A stretch of 32,000 nucleotides of DNA from Candidatus Saccharimonadota bacterium (GCF_025273655.1 NZ_CP045921.1:900001-932000); one strand, 5' to 3'. Positions 15,581-24,081 are shown, counted from the first letter of the stretch. Notes: a model not told the origin generated them from the sequence alone. Translations and numbers: made by a program.

Positions 15581-16909
15581 ATGAAGAAGCTTGATGCCAC
15601 CTGGTTTCCGACATACGCCCATCTCCTCCATATTGTTGGTGAGACATACGATCTATTGGATCCCTCGCCATCAATTTTGGCAACACAACGTGCCAAATTC
15701 GAAGCATCTCATTACACTATAAGCCCAGACTTAGTCGCTGATAAACCCCACATCTCGACACTCAAAACGGCCCGAGAAGACGCTGAGCAGTTGCGCTCGC
15801 GCATTATGACAGAAGAGACGATTACACTCGTGCGCGATGCCTACATACCGGCGCTCGACTCGCTACTCCTCAATATTCAGCTCATCATGGCTGGCGCAAC
15901 TGGGGATATGGAGTCATACCGTAGTGCTAGCGAGCAACTTTATGGCCAGCCGAACCGCACCATCTTCGACGCAGCATGCGCTTGGATTCGCGACGATGCA
16001 CTCGCTACCGCCATGGGTCACTCACCACTACTTACAAAGTTGAGAGATGATGTGCTTGAGGCAATTCCTCACATTACTGCAGACCATCATATACTCGTCC
16101 CCTCCGAAGCTACTTTTGCCGCCGTTAAACAAAGTCATGCCGACTACTACATGAAGTTGTTTGGCTCAGACGGCATACCGAACGAACCATATATAGACGA
16201 AGATACGGGTAACGAGATCTGCCGCCGTGTCTTAGCTAACATCGGCTCAGACTATACACTTGCGCCGTCCGACAACAATCTCTGGGCTATCTTGCCAAGC
16301 CACAAGCAAGTTGTCTACCCTACAGGTTACCGACTCGACCGCGATGAGTTCGTCGGCATCGTCTGCCATGAGATCGGCAGTCACGTGCTCGAATCGGTCA
16401 ACGGCAGCAACTCCCCGCTCCAACTCCTGAGTTCCGGACTCGCCGGGTACGAAAAAGGCAATGAAGGCCGAGCATTTCTACGCGAACAGATTGTCTACCC
16501 GCATGAATGCACGTTTCTCCGCCAATTCTCGTGGGAATATATCGTATTGTTGCATATATCCGTGAGCTTTGCTGCCGGTCTCAACGGGCAGCCATACGAT
16601 TTCGCTCGTCTGTACGACGTGTTATATAAACTCTATTATTTCTGGCGCGAACGCCGCGAGCCCAGGGCAACCAACAACGAAGCCTTTGCGCGCCAAGAAG
16701 CCTGGTACCAGGCCGTGCGTATCCTCAAAGGAACACTAGGAAATGGTTCGGCCGCGTATTTGAAAGATACTGTATACCTGGAGGGTAACGTTCGCTGCTG
16801 GCAGCTAGCTACCGATGACCCTTCCGTAATTTTACTGGGCGATCTGGGTAAATTCGACCTTACCAACCAGTTTCATCGCGCATTCGCTCTTAGCCTTGCC
16901 CCATATTAG
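15581..16909 (+). CDS. DUF1704 family (QEGLA-motif / MATCAP-like) putative metallocarboxypeptidase
   Basis: VCHEIGSHVLESVNG....GLAGYEKGNEGRAFLREQ...LKDTVYLEG matches the DUF1704 pattern HEIgtH..NG...GL.gY..tQEGLA. Start set at the ATG at 15581, which has TATACT 6 nt upstream. Confidence 0.75.
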   Translation: MKKLDATWFPTYAHLLHIVGETYDLLDPSPSILATQRAKFEASHYTISPDLVADKPHISTLKTAREDAEQLRSRIMTEETITLVRDAYIPALDSLLLNIQLIMAGATGDMESYRSASEQLYGQPNRTIFDAACAWIRDDALATAMGHSPLLTKLRDDVLEAIPHITADHHILVPSEATFAAVKQSHADYYMKLFGSDGIPNEPYIDEDTGNEICRRVLANIGSDYTLAPSDNNLWAILPSHKQVVYPTGYRLDRDEFVGIVCHEIGSHVLESVNGSNSPLQLLSSGLAGYEKGNEGRAFLREQIVYPHECTFLRQFSWEYIVLLHISVSFAAGLNGQPYDFARLYDVLYKLYYFWRERREPRATNNEAFARQEAWYQAVRILKGTLGNGSAAYLKDTVYLEGNVRCWQLATDDPSVILLGDLGKFDLTNQFHRAFALSLAPY

Positions 16910-17447
16910 CTTCGGCTCGAGCGGTGCTTTCTTTCATGTATTCGGACACACCATAGTCGTCACCAAATCGATACAATACAAGTTGCTCTGCCGCACGCAC
17001 AAGGTGTTCGTTCACTTTTTTGCCCGTCACACGCTCAGTTAGGAGTAGCGTTTCATCGTAGAACGGTATTTTGTGCTCTTTTGGCCGATCGAATCTATTG
17101 TGTGCAGTATCACATTGTTTTACACGCGCTGCTCGTGCATTTTGTAATATACCCATGCGCGCAACCGCATCCGGCACTTCGGGTGTGTATGAAAGTAAAC
17201 CAAGTGGTGTCACCACCTCTTGCACATCAAAACCCATGTGTATAAACCGCTCCAGTGGCCACGCCTTATTGTCTTCGACGATGTCATGACATAATGCGAC
17301 AATTTGGTCAGACTCGTCACCCCCGATGAGTTCCACCATCGTCATGACAGTAAGAGGATGAGAGATATATGGTTTACCGTCGCGTCGCCATTTGCTGTCA
17401 TACGCTTCATGGGCAATAGTTGTCGCGAGCTCTAAATTTGCTTTCAT
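16890..17447 (-). CDS. HD-domain protein, RelA/SpoT-type (p)ppGpp hydrolase-like (small alarmone hydrolase-like)
   Basis: AHEAY....RRDGKPYISHPLTV...........ALCHDIVED matches the HD hydrolase-domain consensus. Strong SD (GAAGGAGG) upstream. Confidence 0.65.
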   Translation of the reverse strand: MKANLELATTIAHEAYDSKWRRDGKPYISHPLTVMTMVELIGGDESDQIVALCHDIVEDNKAWPLERFIHMGFDVQEVVTPLGLLSYTPEVPDAVARMGILQNARAARVKQCDTAHNRFDRPKEHKIPFYDETLLLTERVTGKKVNEHLVRAAEQLVLYRFGDDYGVSEYMKESTARAEANMGQG

Positions 17448-17631
17448 GTCTTCCTCCTTCTAGATGTCGAAAGTGGAGAAATAAAAACACGGCTCTCCAC
17501 CATACGACATGTCTTAATGACTTTTTTTATATGTCGTGTGGCGAAGCAACCGCGTGGACGGATTCTGGAGAATCCCGCTGAACCTACTTCTAGTCTCAAT
17601 ATAGCATCCTTATTCGTAGGCTGCAACTCAT

Positions 17632-17889
17632 CTATTTCTTTCTGCCAGTCAGCGCCTTCCAGATGAACAGCACGATCACCGCGCCAACAACAGCAACAAA
17701 AAAGCTCCAGAGGTTAAACCCCGTAATACCTGTGCCCCCGGCTAGATCGAACACCCAGCCTCCGACGACTCCACCGATAACACCAGCCAAGATATTACCT
17801 AAGATCCCCTGGCCTTTATCTGTACCGACAAATTTTGATGCGATCCAGCCCGCAAGCCCACCGATGATAATCCAACCAAGAATATTCAT
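17632..17889 (-). CDS. GlsB/YeaQ/YmgE family stress-response membrane protein
   Basis: 85 aa with the glycine-zipper helices typical of this family: GWIIIGGLAGWIA, ILGNILAGVIGGVVGGW. SD AAGGAGG upstream. Confidence 0.88.
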   Translation of the reverse strand: MNILGWIIIGGLAGWIASKFVGTDKGQGILGNILAGVIGGVVGGWVFDLAGGTGITGFNLWSFFVAVVGAVIVLFIWKALTGRKK

Positions 17890-18003
17890 CCTACAATCCT
17901 CCTTTGATTATGTAGTTATTATATGTCTCTTCACGTTAAAATACGAGACGCACTATACCTCGGCCACAACACAGCACGAGGCATAGCAGTCCGTAAAAAG
18001 TGA

Positions 18004-19902
18004 TTATTTGCTCTCGTCAACGACTTCGCCCTCTACAGGCTCATCCTTGTCCGATTTTTTATCGCCATCTTCAGAAGCAGGTGCATCTTCTTTGGCAGCT
18101 TGTTCGTACATTTTGGCGCCGATTGGCATGACCTTGTCATTCAGTGCTTTCACTGCTGCTTCGAGCGCTTCTTTGTCAGCTTGCTCGTCGTCTTTCACCT
18201 TCTTGGCTTCTTCCGCAGCTTCTTTGAGTACTTTCACATCGTCTTCAGAGATCTTGTCTTTGTACTCATCGGGCATTTTCTCGGCTTGGTAGATAGCGTT
18301 TTCGAGCTGATTGCGGATGTCGACAGTTTCGCGCTTCTTTTTATCCTCGTCGGCGTGTGCTTCGGCCTCTTTTTGCGCTTTTTCGATGTCTTCTTTGCTC
18401 ATGTTGCCACTGTCCTGGATGGTGACTGAGTTTTCTTTGCCGGTGCCCTTGTCTTTGGCGGTCACGTTCAGGATACCGTTGGCATCGAGGCTAAACGTCA
18501 CTTCGATCTGTGGTACGCCGCGTGGAGCCGGCGCGATACCATCGAGGATGAAGCGACCGAGCGACTTGTTGTCGTTGGCAAATTCACGTTCACCCTGGAG
18601 CACGTGGATTTCTACCTGCGGCTGGTTGTCAGCAGCCGTAGAAAATGTTTCGCTTTTACTCGTAGGAATTGTGCTGTTACGCTCGATGAGCTTTGTCGTC
18701 ACACCGCCCATCGTCTCGATACCGAGGCTCAGTGGCGTCACGTCGAGTAGGAGCACGTCTTTGACATCGCCTTGTAGCACGCCGCCCTGGATCGCTGCGC
18801 CCACGGCTACGACTTCGTCTGGGTTCACACCCTGGAGTGGATCTTTGCCAAAGATACCCTTTACCTTTTCGACGACCGCTGGCATACGAGTCATACCACC
18901 GACGAGGACGATCTCATCAATGTCACTTGCCTTCATATCAGCGTCTTTAAGCGCCTTTTCTACAGGCCCAGCCAGACGATCAATCAGATCTTTTACGAGA
19001 TCTTCGAGCTTAGAGCGAGTCAATGTATATTCGAAGTGCTTCGGACCATCAGCATCGGCTGTGATAAACGGCAGGTTTACCTCGTAGCTATTGGTACTCG
19101 AAAGCTCTTTCTTGGCTTTTTCAGCTTCGTCTTTGAGGCGTTGCATAGCGGCTTTGTCATTTTTAAGATCAACACCTTCTTCTTTCTGGAAGACATCGAT
19201 GAAGTGATTAACAATACGATTGTCGAAATCTTCGCCGCCGAGGTGAGTATCGCCGTTTGTCGAGCGAACTTCGAATACGCCGTCGCCAAGTTCGAGTACT
19301 GACACGTCAAAGGTACCACCACCGAGGTCGAATACAACGATGTTCTCATCTTTTTTGCCTTCAAGACCATAGGCTAGTGCAGCTGCTGTCGGCTCGTTAA
19401 TGATGCGCTTGACTTCGAGACCAGCAATCTTGCCAGCATCTTTCGTTGCCTGACGCTGTGAATCATCGAAATAAGCAGGTACAGTGATCACTGCTTCCGT
19501 AACCTTTTCACCGAGGAACGCCTCGGCATCCGCCTTAATTTTCGACAGAATCATGGCCGAGACTTCTTCTGGAGTATATTCTTTATCGCCCATCTTGACT
19601 GCCACACCGCTTGAGTGTTTGACAATCTCATACGGCATGATGTCAAGATCTTTCTGAACCTCAGTGTCAGTGAACTTACGACCAATAAGACGCTTCACGC
19701 CATAAATAGTATTTTTTGCATTTGTCACACGCTGGCGCTGTGCAACTTGGCCGACCAGCCGGTCACCTTTTTTGTTGATAGCCACCACAGATGGTGTCGT
19801 ACGATTACCCTCCGCGTTGGCAATGACCTCAGGCTTACCCGCTACCATGTAGGCAAACGCGCTGTTAGTTGTACCGAGATCGATTCCGATGATTTTACCC
19901 AT
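18004..19902 (-). CDS. dnaK: Molecular chaperone DnaK (Hsp70)
   Basis: 632 aa with [27 protein letters not shown] and an acidic C-terminal tail. SD AGGAGA 7 nt upstream. Confidence 0.98.
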   Translation of the reverse strand: MGKIIGIDLGTTNSAFAYMVAGKPEVIANAEGNRTTPSVVAINKKGDRLVGQVAQRQRVTNAKNTIYGVKRLIGRKFTDTEVQKDLDIMPYEIVKHSSGVAVKMGDKEYTPEEVSAMILSKIKADAEAFLGEKVTEAVITVPAYFDDSQRQATKDAGKIAGLEVKRIINEPTAAALAYGLEGKKDENIVVFDLGGGTFDVSVLELGDGVFEVRSTNGDTHLGGEDFDNRIVNHFIDVFQKEEGVDLKNDKAAMQRLKDEAEKAKKELSSTNSYEVNLPFITADADGPKHFEYTLTRSKLEDLVKDLIDRLAGPVEKALKDADMKASDIDEIVLVGGMTRMPAVVEKVKGIFGKDPLQGVNPDEVVAVGAAIQGGVLQGDVKDVLLLDVTPLSLGIETMGGVTTKLIERNSTIPTSKSETFSTAADNQPQVEIHVLQGEREFANDNKSLGRFILDGIAPAPRGVPQIEVTFSLDANGILNVTAKDKGTGKENSVTIQDSGNMSKEDIEKAQKEAEAHADEDKKKRETVDIRNQLENAIYQAEKMPDEYKDKISEDDVKVLKEAAEEAKKVKDDEQADKEALEAAVKALNDKVMPIGAKMYEQAAKEDAPASEDGDKKSDKDEPVEGEVVDESK

Positions 19903-19952
19903 AGTTATATCTCCTATTCGTTAGTTTTCATAGCAAATTGTATATTCATATA

Positions 19953-19979
19953 TTAGCACTCTCATGCATAGATTGCCAA
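19953..19979. promoter_or_regulatory. CIRCE-like element, proximal, with a degenerate right half-site
   Basis: TTAGCACTC-N9-GATTGCCAA. The left half is perfect; the right half has 2 mismatches to GAGTGCTAA. Confidence 0.6.
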
Positions 19980-19998
19980 TACTTTCATTGTAGCGAAA

Positions 19999-20025
19999 TT
20001 AGCACTCCTATGTCAAGAGTGCCAA
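19999..20025. promoter_or_regulatory. CIRCE operator, distal, upstream of dnaK
   Basis: TTAGCACTC-N9-GAGTGCCAA, one mismatch to the consensus. Confidence 0.85.
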
Positions 20026-20089
20026 GTTTTCATATGACACCCACTGCAAACCAGGCTCGGCACAGGGTTATAAATGCTATACTAGCACT

Positions 20090-20965
20090 ATGAAGCGAGG
20101 GGTTATCACGACATGTTGCTTAGCTCTAGGACTAAGCTTTCTTGTGAGTGTGCCAGCTCATGCCGACACGAGTGGTCTGTGGATGTCTTCGTCTCGCCAG
20201 AATCTCACAAGCAAAGCAGGTGTCGGTACAAGCGCACATATTAAAATAGCGAACAAGACAGACGCCCCAATGGACGTCCAGCTCTCCGTAAAATCTTTTA
20301 ACGTTGACTCTCAGACGCGCGCCATTACCTTCGTCGATCCTCGCGAAGATTGGATTACTCCAGATGTCCCCCGGCTAGAGTTAGCTCCCACAGAAGAACA
20401 GGATATCAACTACCGCATTGCTATTCCTGTGACCGCCGACGAAAAAGAGTACCATTTCGCACTCATAGCCAGCACAGTTGTTGGTAGTGATCAAAACGCC
20501 AAGACACTTCGCGTTGCCTCACTTCTGTACCTTTCTGTAGATGGAGGACATTTGACTCGCGCGGGTGATATCACCTCGGCACACGTGCCCTCGTTTGCGT
20601 TTGGTACTACTATCCCCTATACATTTGCTATCAAAAACACCGGAGATATCCATCTGGAGCTCCAGTCGAACGTCCAACTTCAGGGCCAAGCCTGGAACTC
20701 ATTAACAACCGCCCGGCCAGCGGTCGTACTACCTGGCGAATCGCGCACCATAAGTGATGCCGTGACCTCACCCTCCCTACCGGGCATCTATACGCTGCGC
20801 TATGGCTACACAGACGACACAACTGGAGCCAAAACACTCGAAGTCGTCCCCGTTATATATCTTCCTATATGGGCCGTAGGCGTACTTGCGAGCCTACTGC
20901 TTGCCAGCGTCTGGCTTTGGCAAAGACGCCGCTCAGGTAAGATTAGCGCTACGTCCGACCAATAG
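20090..20965 (+). CDS. Cell-surface protein, DUF916/DUF3324-like, with signal peptide and C-terminal TM anchor
   Basis: Signal peptide ending VPAHA, two beta-sandwich-like halves, then a C-terminal IWAVGVLASLLLASVWLW-QRRR anchor. This architecture matches the partners of WxL proteins in Gram-positive bacteria. The call is by pattern only. Confidence 0.45.
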   Translation: MKRGVITTCCLALGLSFLVSVPAHADTSGLWMSSSRQNLTSKAGVGTSAHIKIANKTDAPMDVQLSVKSFNVDSQTRAITFVDPREDWITPDVPRLELAPTEEQDINYRIAIPVTADEKEYHFALIASTVVGSDQNAKTLRVASLLYLSVDGGHLTRAGDITSAHVPSFAFGTTIPYTFAIKNTGDIHLELQSNVQLQGQAWNSLTTARPAVVLPGESRTISDAVTSPSLPGIYTLRYGYTDDTTGAKTLEVVPVIYLPIWAVGVLASLLLASVWLWQRRRSGKISATSDQ

Positions 20966-21509
20966 CAGTGTAAGTTACCCCGACACTATACGTACCCGAG
21001 CTCTTGGTGATGTCAATTAGCGCACCATAAGTCATTGCTGTCGGGCTACCGTTTTTAAAAGGCCCGGTACCGCTTGCAATAAGCTGCTGACTCGTCGTCA
21101 TACCGATAAAGTTCGTGGTAGAGCCGGTCGTATTGAATCCCCATGTGTTAGTGCTCAGGGCCCCGGCTGTCGTATTGCTACTCGCCGGTATGGTGTCGGT
21201 GCCATTACTCATATTTGCCGTCGTCGTGCCATTTGCATAGAGGTCGTACCCAACAACATCAAGTGACGTTACAGTAATAGTATGGCCGCCCGTACCACTA
21301 AACGTGCCTCCGCTAGGCGTCATAGCGATATCGGCACTACTATTACTCAATCCGATTGAGATGCTTGTCTGACTGCCAAATGGCACATCTGCCCCAAACT
21401 TGCCCACGCCAAACGGCTGTGCTACCGCTACCTGCTGCCACAATGCAGCGCCGATCGTCAACGCGACCGCTACGGTGAGATGACTGAGCGTGACCCTCGG
21501 TATTTTCAT
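20949..21509 (-). CDS. Secreted beta-rich surface protein (WxL-like / pilin-like)
   Basis: 186 aa with a signal peptide ending VAVAQP and a G/T/S/N-rich beta-strand pattern ending GTYSVGVTYTAIG. Convergent with the DUF916-like gene, with a 17-nt overlap. Confidence 0.4.
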   Translation of the reverse strand: MKIPRVTLSHLTVAVALTIGAALWQQVAVAQPFGVGKFGADVPFGSQTSISIGLSNSSADIAMTPSGGTFSGTGGHTITVTSLDVVGYDLYANGTTTANMSNGTDTIPASSNTTAGALSTNTWGFNTTGSTTNFIGMTTSQQLIASGTGPFKNGSPTAMTYGALIDITKSSGTYSVGVTYTAIGRT

Positions 21510-21592
21510 ATATTACTTAGTATAACAAAGTACGGGTTGTGCTCATGCTTTGGGTTTTGTATACTGTGTGCAGACAGAGGGAGAAATAAACA

Positions 21593-21793
21593 TTGAAAGT
21601 ATTCGATGAGTTGTTGCAGCGCGAAGTGACGCGTGGTGAGTTTCTAAAAATGATTGGTATCGCAGCAGTAAGTGCATTTGGTGTGACAAATTTTATCGCT
21701 AAGCTCTCGCATACATCTAAAGTTATCGAGCAAGGTTCACAACCACATCGTATTGCCAGCCATGGGTTTGGCAGTCGTAAGTTTGGTGAATAA
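21593..21793 (+). CDS. Small hypothetical protein with a Tat-like but RR-less signal (TRGEFLKMIGIAAVSAFG)
   Basis: 66-aa ORF with a TTG start, SD GAGGGAG 9 nt upstream, TATACT box at 21560-21565 and a terminator downstream. It competes with a non-protein-like antisense ORF. Confidence 0.45.
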   Translation: MKVFDELLQREVTRGEFLKMIGIAAVSAFGVTNFIAKLSHTSKVIEQGSQPHRIASHGFGSRKFGE

Positions 21794-21862
21794 CACCATG
21801 CTTTTGTGGTGGCGTCAAAATAGCCTATACTGAGAAGCATATGCTTCACCACAAAGCATCCC

Positions 21863-21885
21863 AGGCAACCACTTGCCTACTTTTT
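21863..21885 (+). terminator. Rho-independent terminator candidate
   Basis: AGGCAA-CCAC-TTGCCT stem-loop followed by ACTTTTT. Confidence 0.5.
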
Positions 21886-21941
21886 GCGCACGACGCGATG
21901 GGTAGTCTGTTTGCTAATGCGCATGAGGGGAGCTCCCTCTA

Positions 21942-24071
21942 GTGGCAGACCAGCGCCTCCCAATAGTAAATAGTGACGATGGCACCTGGGGTGATCTGTT
22001 ACGTCAATACCTGAAAAAGGAACACTTCGACGACGGCACGAATAATGCAGCCAACGGTGGCCACCAAAACGTGACTATCCGCGGCGGCACGGCAGGAGCC
22101 GGTGGTGCACCGCTAAAGTTCAGTTCCGGCACACTTCTCACTACACCCGAGGTAGGCGCGGTTGAATTCGCTGGTGACAACTTATATGTCACACAGACAT
22201 CTGGCACAACTCGCAAAAAAGTAGCGCTCTACGACGATTCGAGCGGTGTAACTGGCGATCTCTATTATCGCAATAGCGGTGGCTACTTCACACGCCTCGG
22301 CATCGGTACTAGCAACCAGATACTTGCTGTGTCTGGTGGCCTTCCGAGCTGGCAGACACCGACCGCGCAGTCAACCACTTTCAGTGACACTGCGTTTACA
22401 TTGCAAGATGACGGTGATGCAACCAAACAAGCCAAGTTCGAGCTGAGCGGCATCAGTGCTAGCACAACTCGCACGTATACACTTCCAAACGCCAATACTA
22501 CAGTAGTCGGCACAGACACAACACAGACATTGACCAACAAGACGCTCACAAGCCCCACGCTCACCACTCCACGTTTTGCTTCGGGTGGCTATATTGCAGA
22601 CAACAATGGCAACGAACAGATTGTGTTCACAACTACGGCTTCCGCGGTCAACGAGCTCAATGTCAGCAACGCCGCTACAGGCGGGTCGCCCCAGATTGCC
22701 GCCCAAGGTGGAGACACAAATGTCAATCTTAATCTCGTGTCGAAAGGTACTGGCCGTATACAAGCAAACGGAGTAAATATCCCGACAGCAAGCTCGACTG
22801 ACACATTAACCAATAAATCTATAGATGGTAGCACAAATACACTCTCGAACATCTCCTGGGCAGCAGTTACAAAGCCAACTTACATAGCCGCCGGCACCAC
22901 AGTCAAAAATGCATTGAGCGCCGTCAATATGTATCCTTTAGTCGGCTCAGCTGATGTGGGTAATGGTCAGATGTTTGGCGCGTTTGCAGCCAATGCACTA
23001 TATAGTCATCCGGAGTCCGAATGGTTTGTGCCGATACCGCACGCCTACAACGACATTGCGTATAACAACAACCGTGGCGGTACGGTTAAAGTCCTCCTGA
23101 ACGGCTCTACTTATGCTGCCGATGGCAACAATGCTTCCCCATTCTTTACCCCAGATGCCACCTATGAAACAGTCACTGCCTACTCGTCTACAAGTGATAC
23201 TGTCTCCTATGAAATCTCTCTTTACAGAACATTTTACTGGGGTATTAGGTTTGGTATTCAACAAACTGACTGGTGTCGTGGACAAAACGTAATGTTTGAA
23301 GCATACAACGGTACATCATGGTCAACCATACTAAACACCACGAATCAGACTACCGGACTCACTTGGAGCTCGGGCGATGCTGGGTCTACCGGTATCACTA
23401 AGCTACGCGTGTCGCTCACAAACTTTAACGTATCATCTTCTGTTGGTGCGCGTATCTCTCAGGTGTTTTTGCTTGGGTTTGACTCGCAACTTCTATCGAG
23501 CACTTTTCTTCCCAGAGGCGGCGGCCAACTCTTTGGCGAACTAGGTACGCCGGCCATATGGACTGATCGCATAAAGGATCGCACAACGGGTACGGGGATC
23601 ATAGATTTTTACAGTAATGCATCCGCCGTCAACTACCTTCAAATTCAGAATCGCGCCACAGGAGCAGGGCCAAGTATATATGCACAGGGTTCCGACACAA
23701 ATATTGACATAAATCTCATGCCAAAAGGTACGGGCAATGTACTTGTAAATGGCTCCGGTCTTCTCACCGCGAACTCTACTGCGACGCTTACCAATAAAAC
23801 TATTGATGCAACCGCTAACACTATTACAAATATAGGCACCTCGTCCCTATCCGACAGCTCGGTGACATCTGCAAAGATAGCAGACAACAGCATTGTGAAT
23901 GCAGATATCAACGCGTCAGCCGCCATCGCACTCTCCAAACTTGCCGCTGGCTACGTACAGGGATCAGTCAACGGCACTTCAACAACTACGACTGTCTGGC
24001 GCGGCACGCAGGCACAGTACGATGCGATTGGCACAAAAGACAACAATACCCTCTATTTTATATCAGGATAA
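21942..24071 (+). CDS. Phage-tail-fibre-like modular protein 1 (709 aa) with an inserted discoidin/CBM-like domain
   Basis: GTG start and no signal peptide. Recurrent TLTNKT(L/I) spacers. Duplicated shaft module ASAVN..N.ATG..P.I.AQG.DTN..LNL..KGTG. C-terminal VWRGTQAQYDAIGTKDNNTLYFI, typical of phage fibre proteins. Confidence 0.8.
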   Translation: MADQRLPIVNSDDGTWGDLLRQYLKKEHFDDGTNNAANGGHQNVTIRGGTAGAGGAPLKFSSGTLLTTPEVGAVEFAGDNLYVTQTSGTTRKKVALYDDSSGVTGDLYYRNSGGYFTRLGIGTSNQILAVSGGLPSWQTPTAQSTTFSDTAFTLQDDGDATKQAKFELSGISASTTRTYTLPNANTTVVGTDTTQTLTNKTLTSPTLTTPRFASGGYIADNNGNEQIVFTTTASAVNELNVSNAATGGSPQIAAQGGDTNVNLNLVSKGTGRIQANGVNIPTASSTDTLTNKSIDGSTNTLSNISWAAVTKPTYIAAGTTVKNALSAVNMYPLVGSADVGNGQMFGAFAANALYSHPESEWFVPIPHAYNDIAYNNNRGGTVKVLLNGSTYAADGNNASPFFTPDATYETVTAYSSTSDTVSYEISLYRTFYWGIRFGIQQTDWCRGQNVMFEAYNGTSWSTILNTTNQTTGLTWSSGDAGSTGITKLRVSLTNFNVSSSVGARISQVFLLGFDSQLLSSTFLPRGGGQLFGELGTPAIWTDRIKDRTTGTGIIDFYSNASAVNYLQIQNRATGAGPSIYAQGSDTNIDINLMPKGTGNVLVNGSGLLTANSTATLTNKTIDATANTITNIGTSSLSDSSVTSAKIADNSIVNADINASAAIALSKLAAGYVQGSVNGTSTTTTVWRGTQAQYDAIGTKDNNTLYFISG

Positions 24072-24081
24072 GGAGTCCTAG

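Noticed and set aside
18008-19302. Long plus-strand ORFs (up to 258 aa, e.g. 18311-19087) antisense to dnaK
   Set aside because: They are S/F/L-rich low-complexity mirror-frame products of a highly conserved gene on the other strand. They have no start context and no plausible fold.
21517-21852. 111-aa minus-strand ORF
   Set aside because: It is Cys-rich with an odd composition, has no SD or promoter, and is antisense to a small ORF that does have an SD, a -10 box and a terminator.
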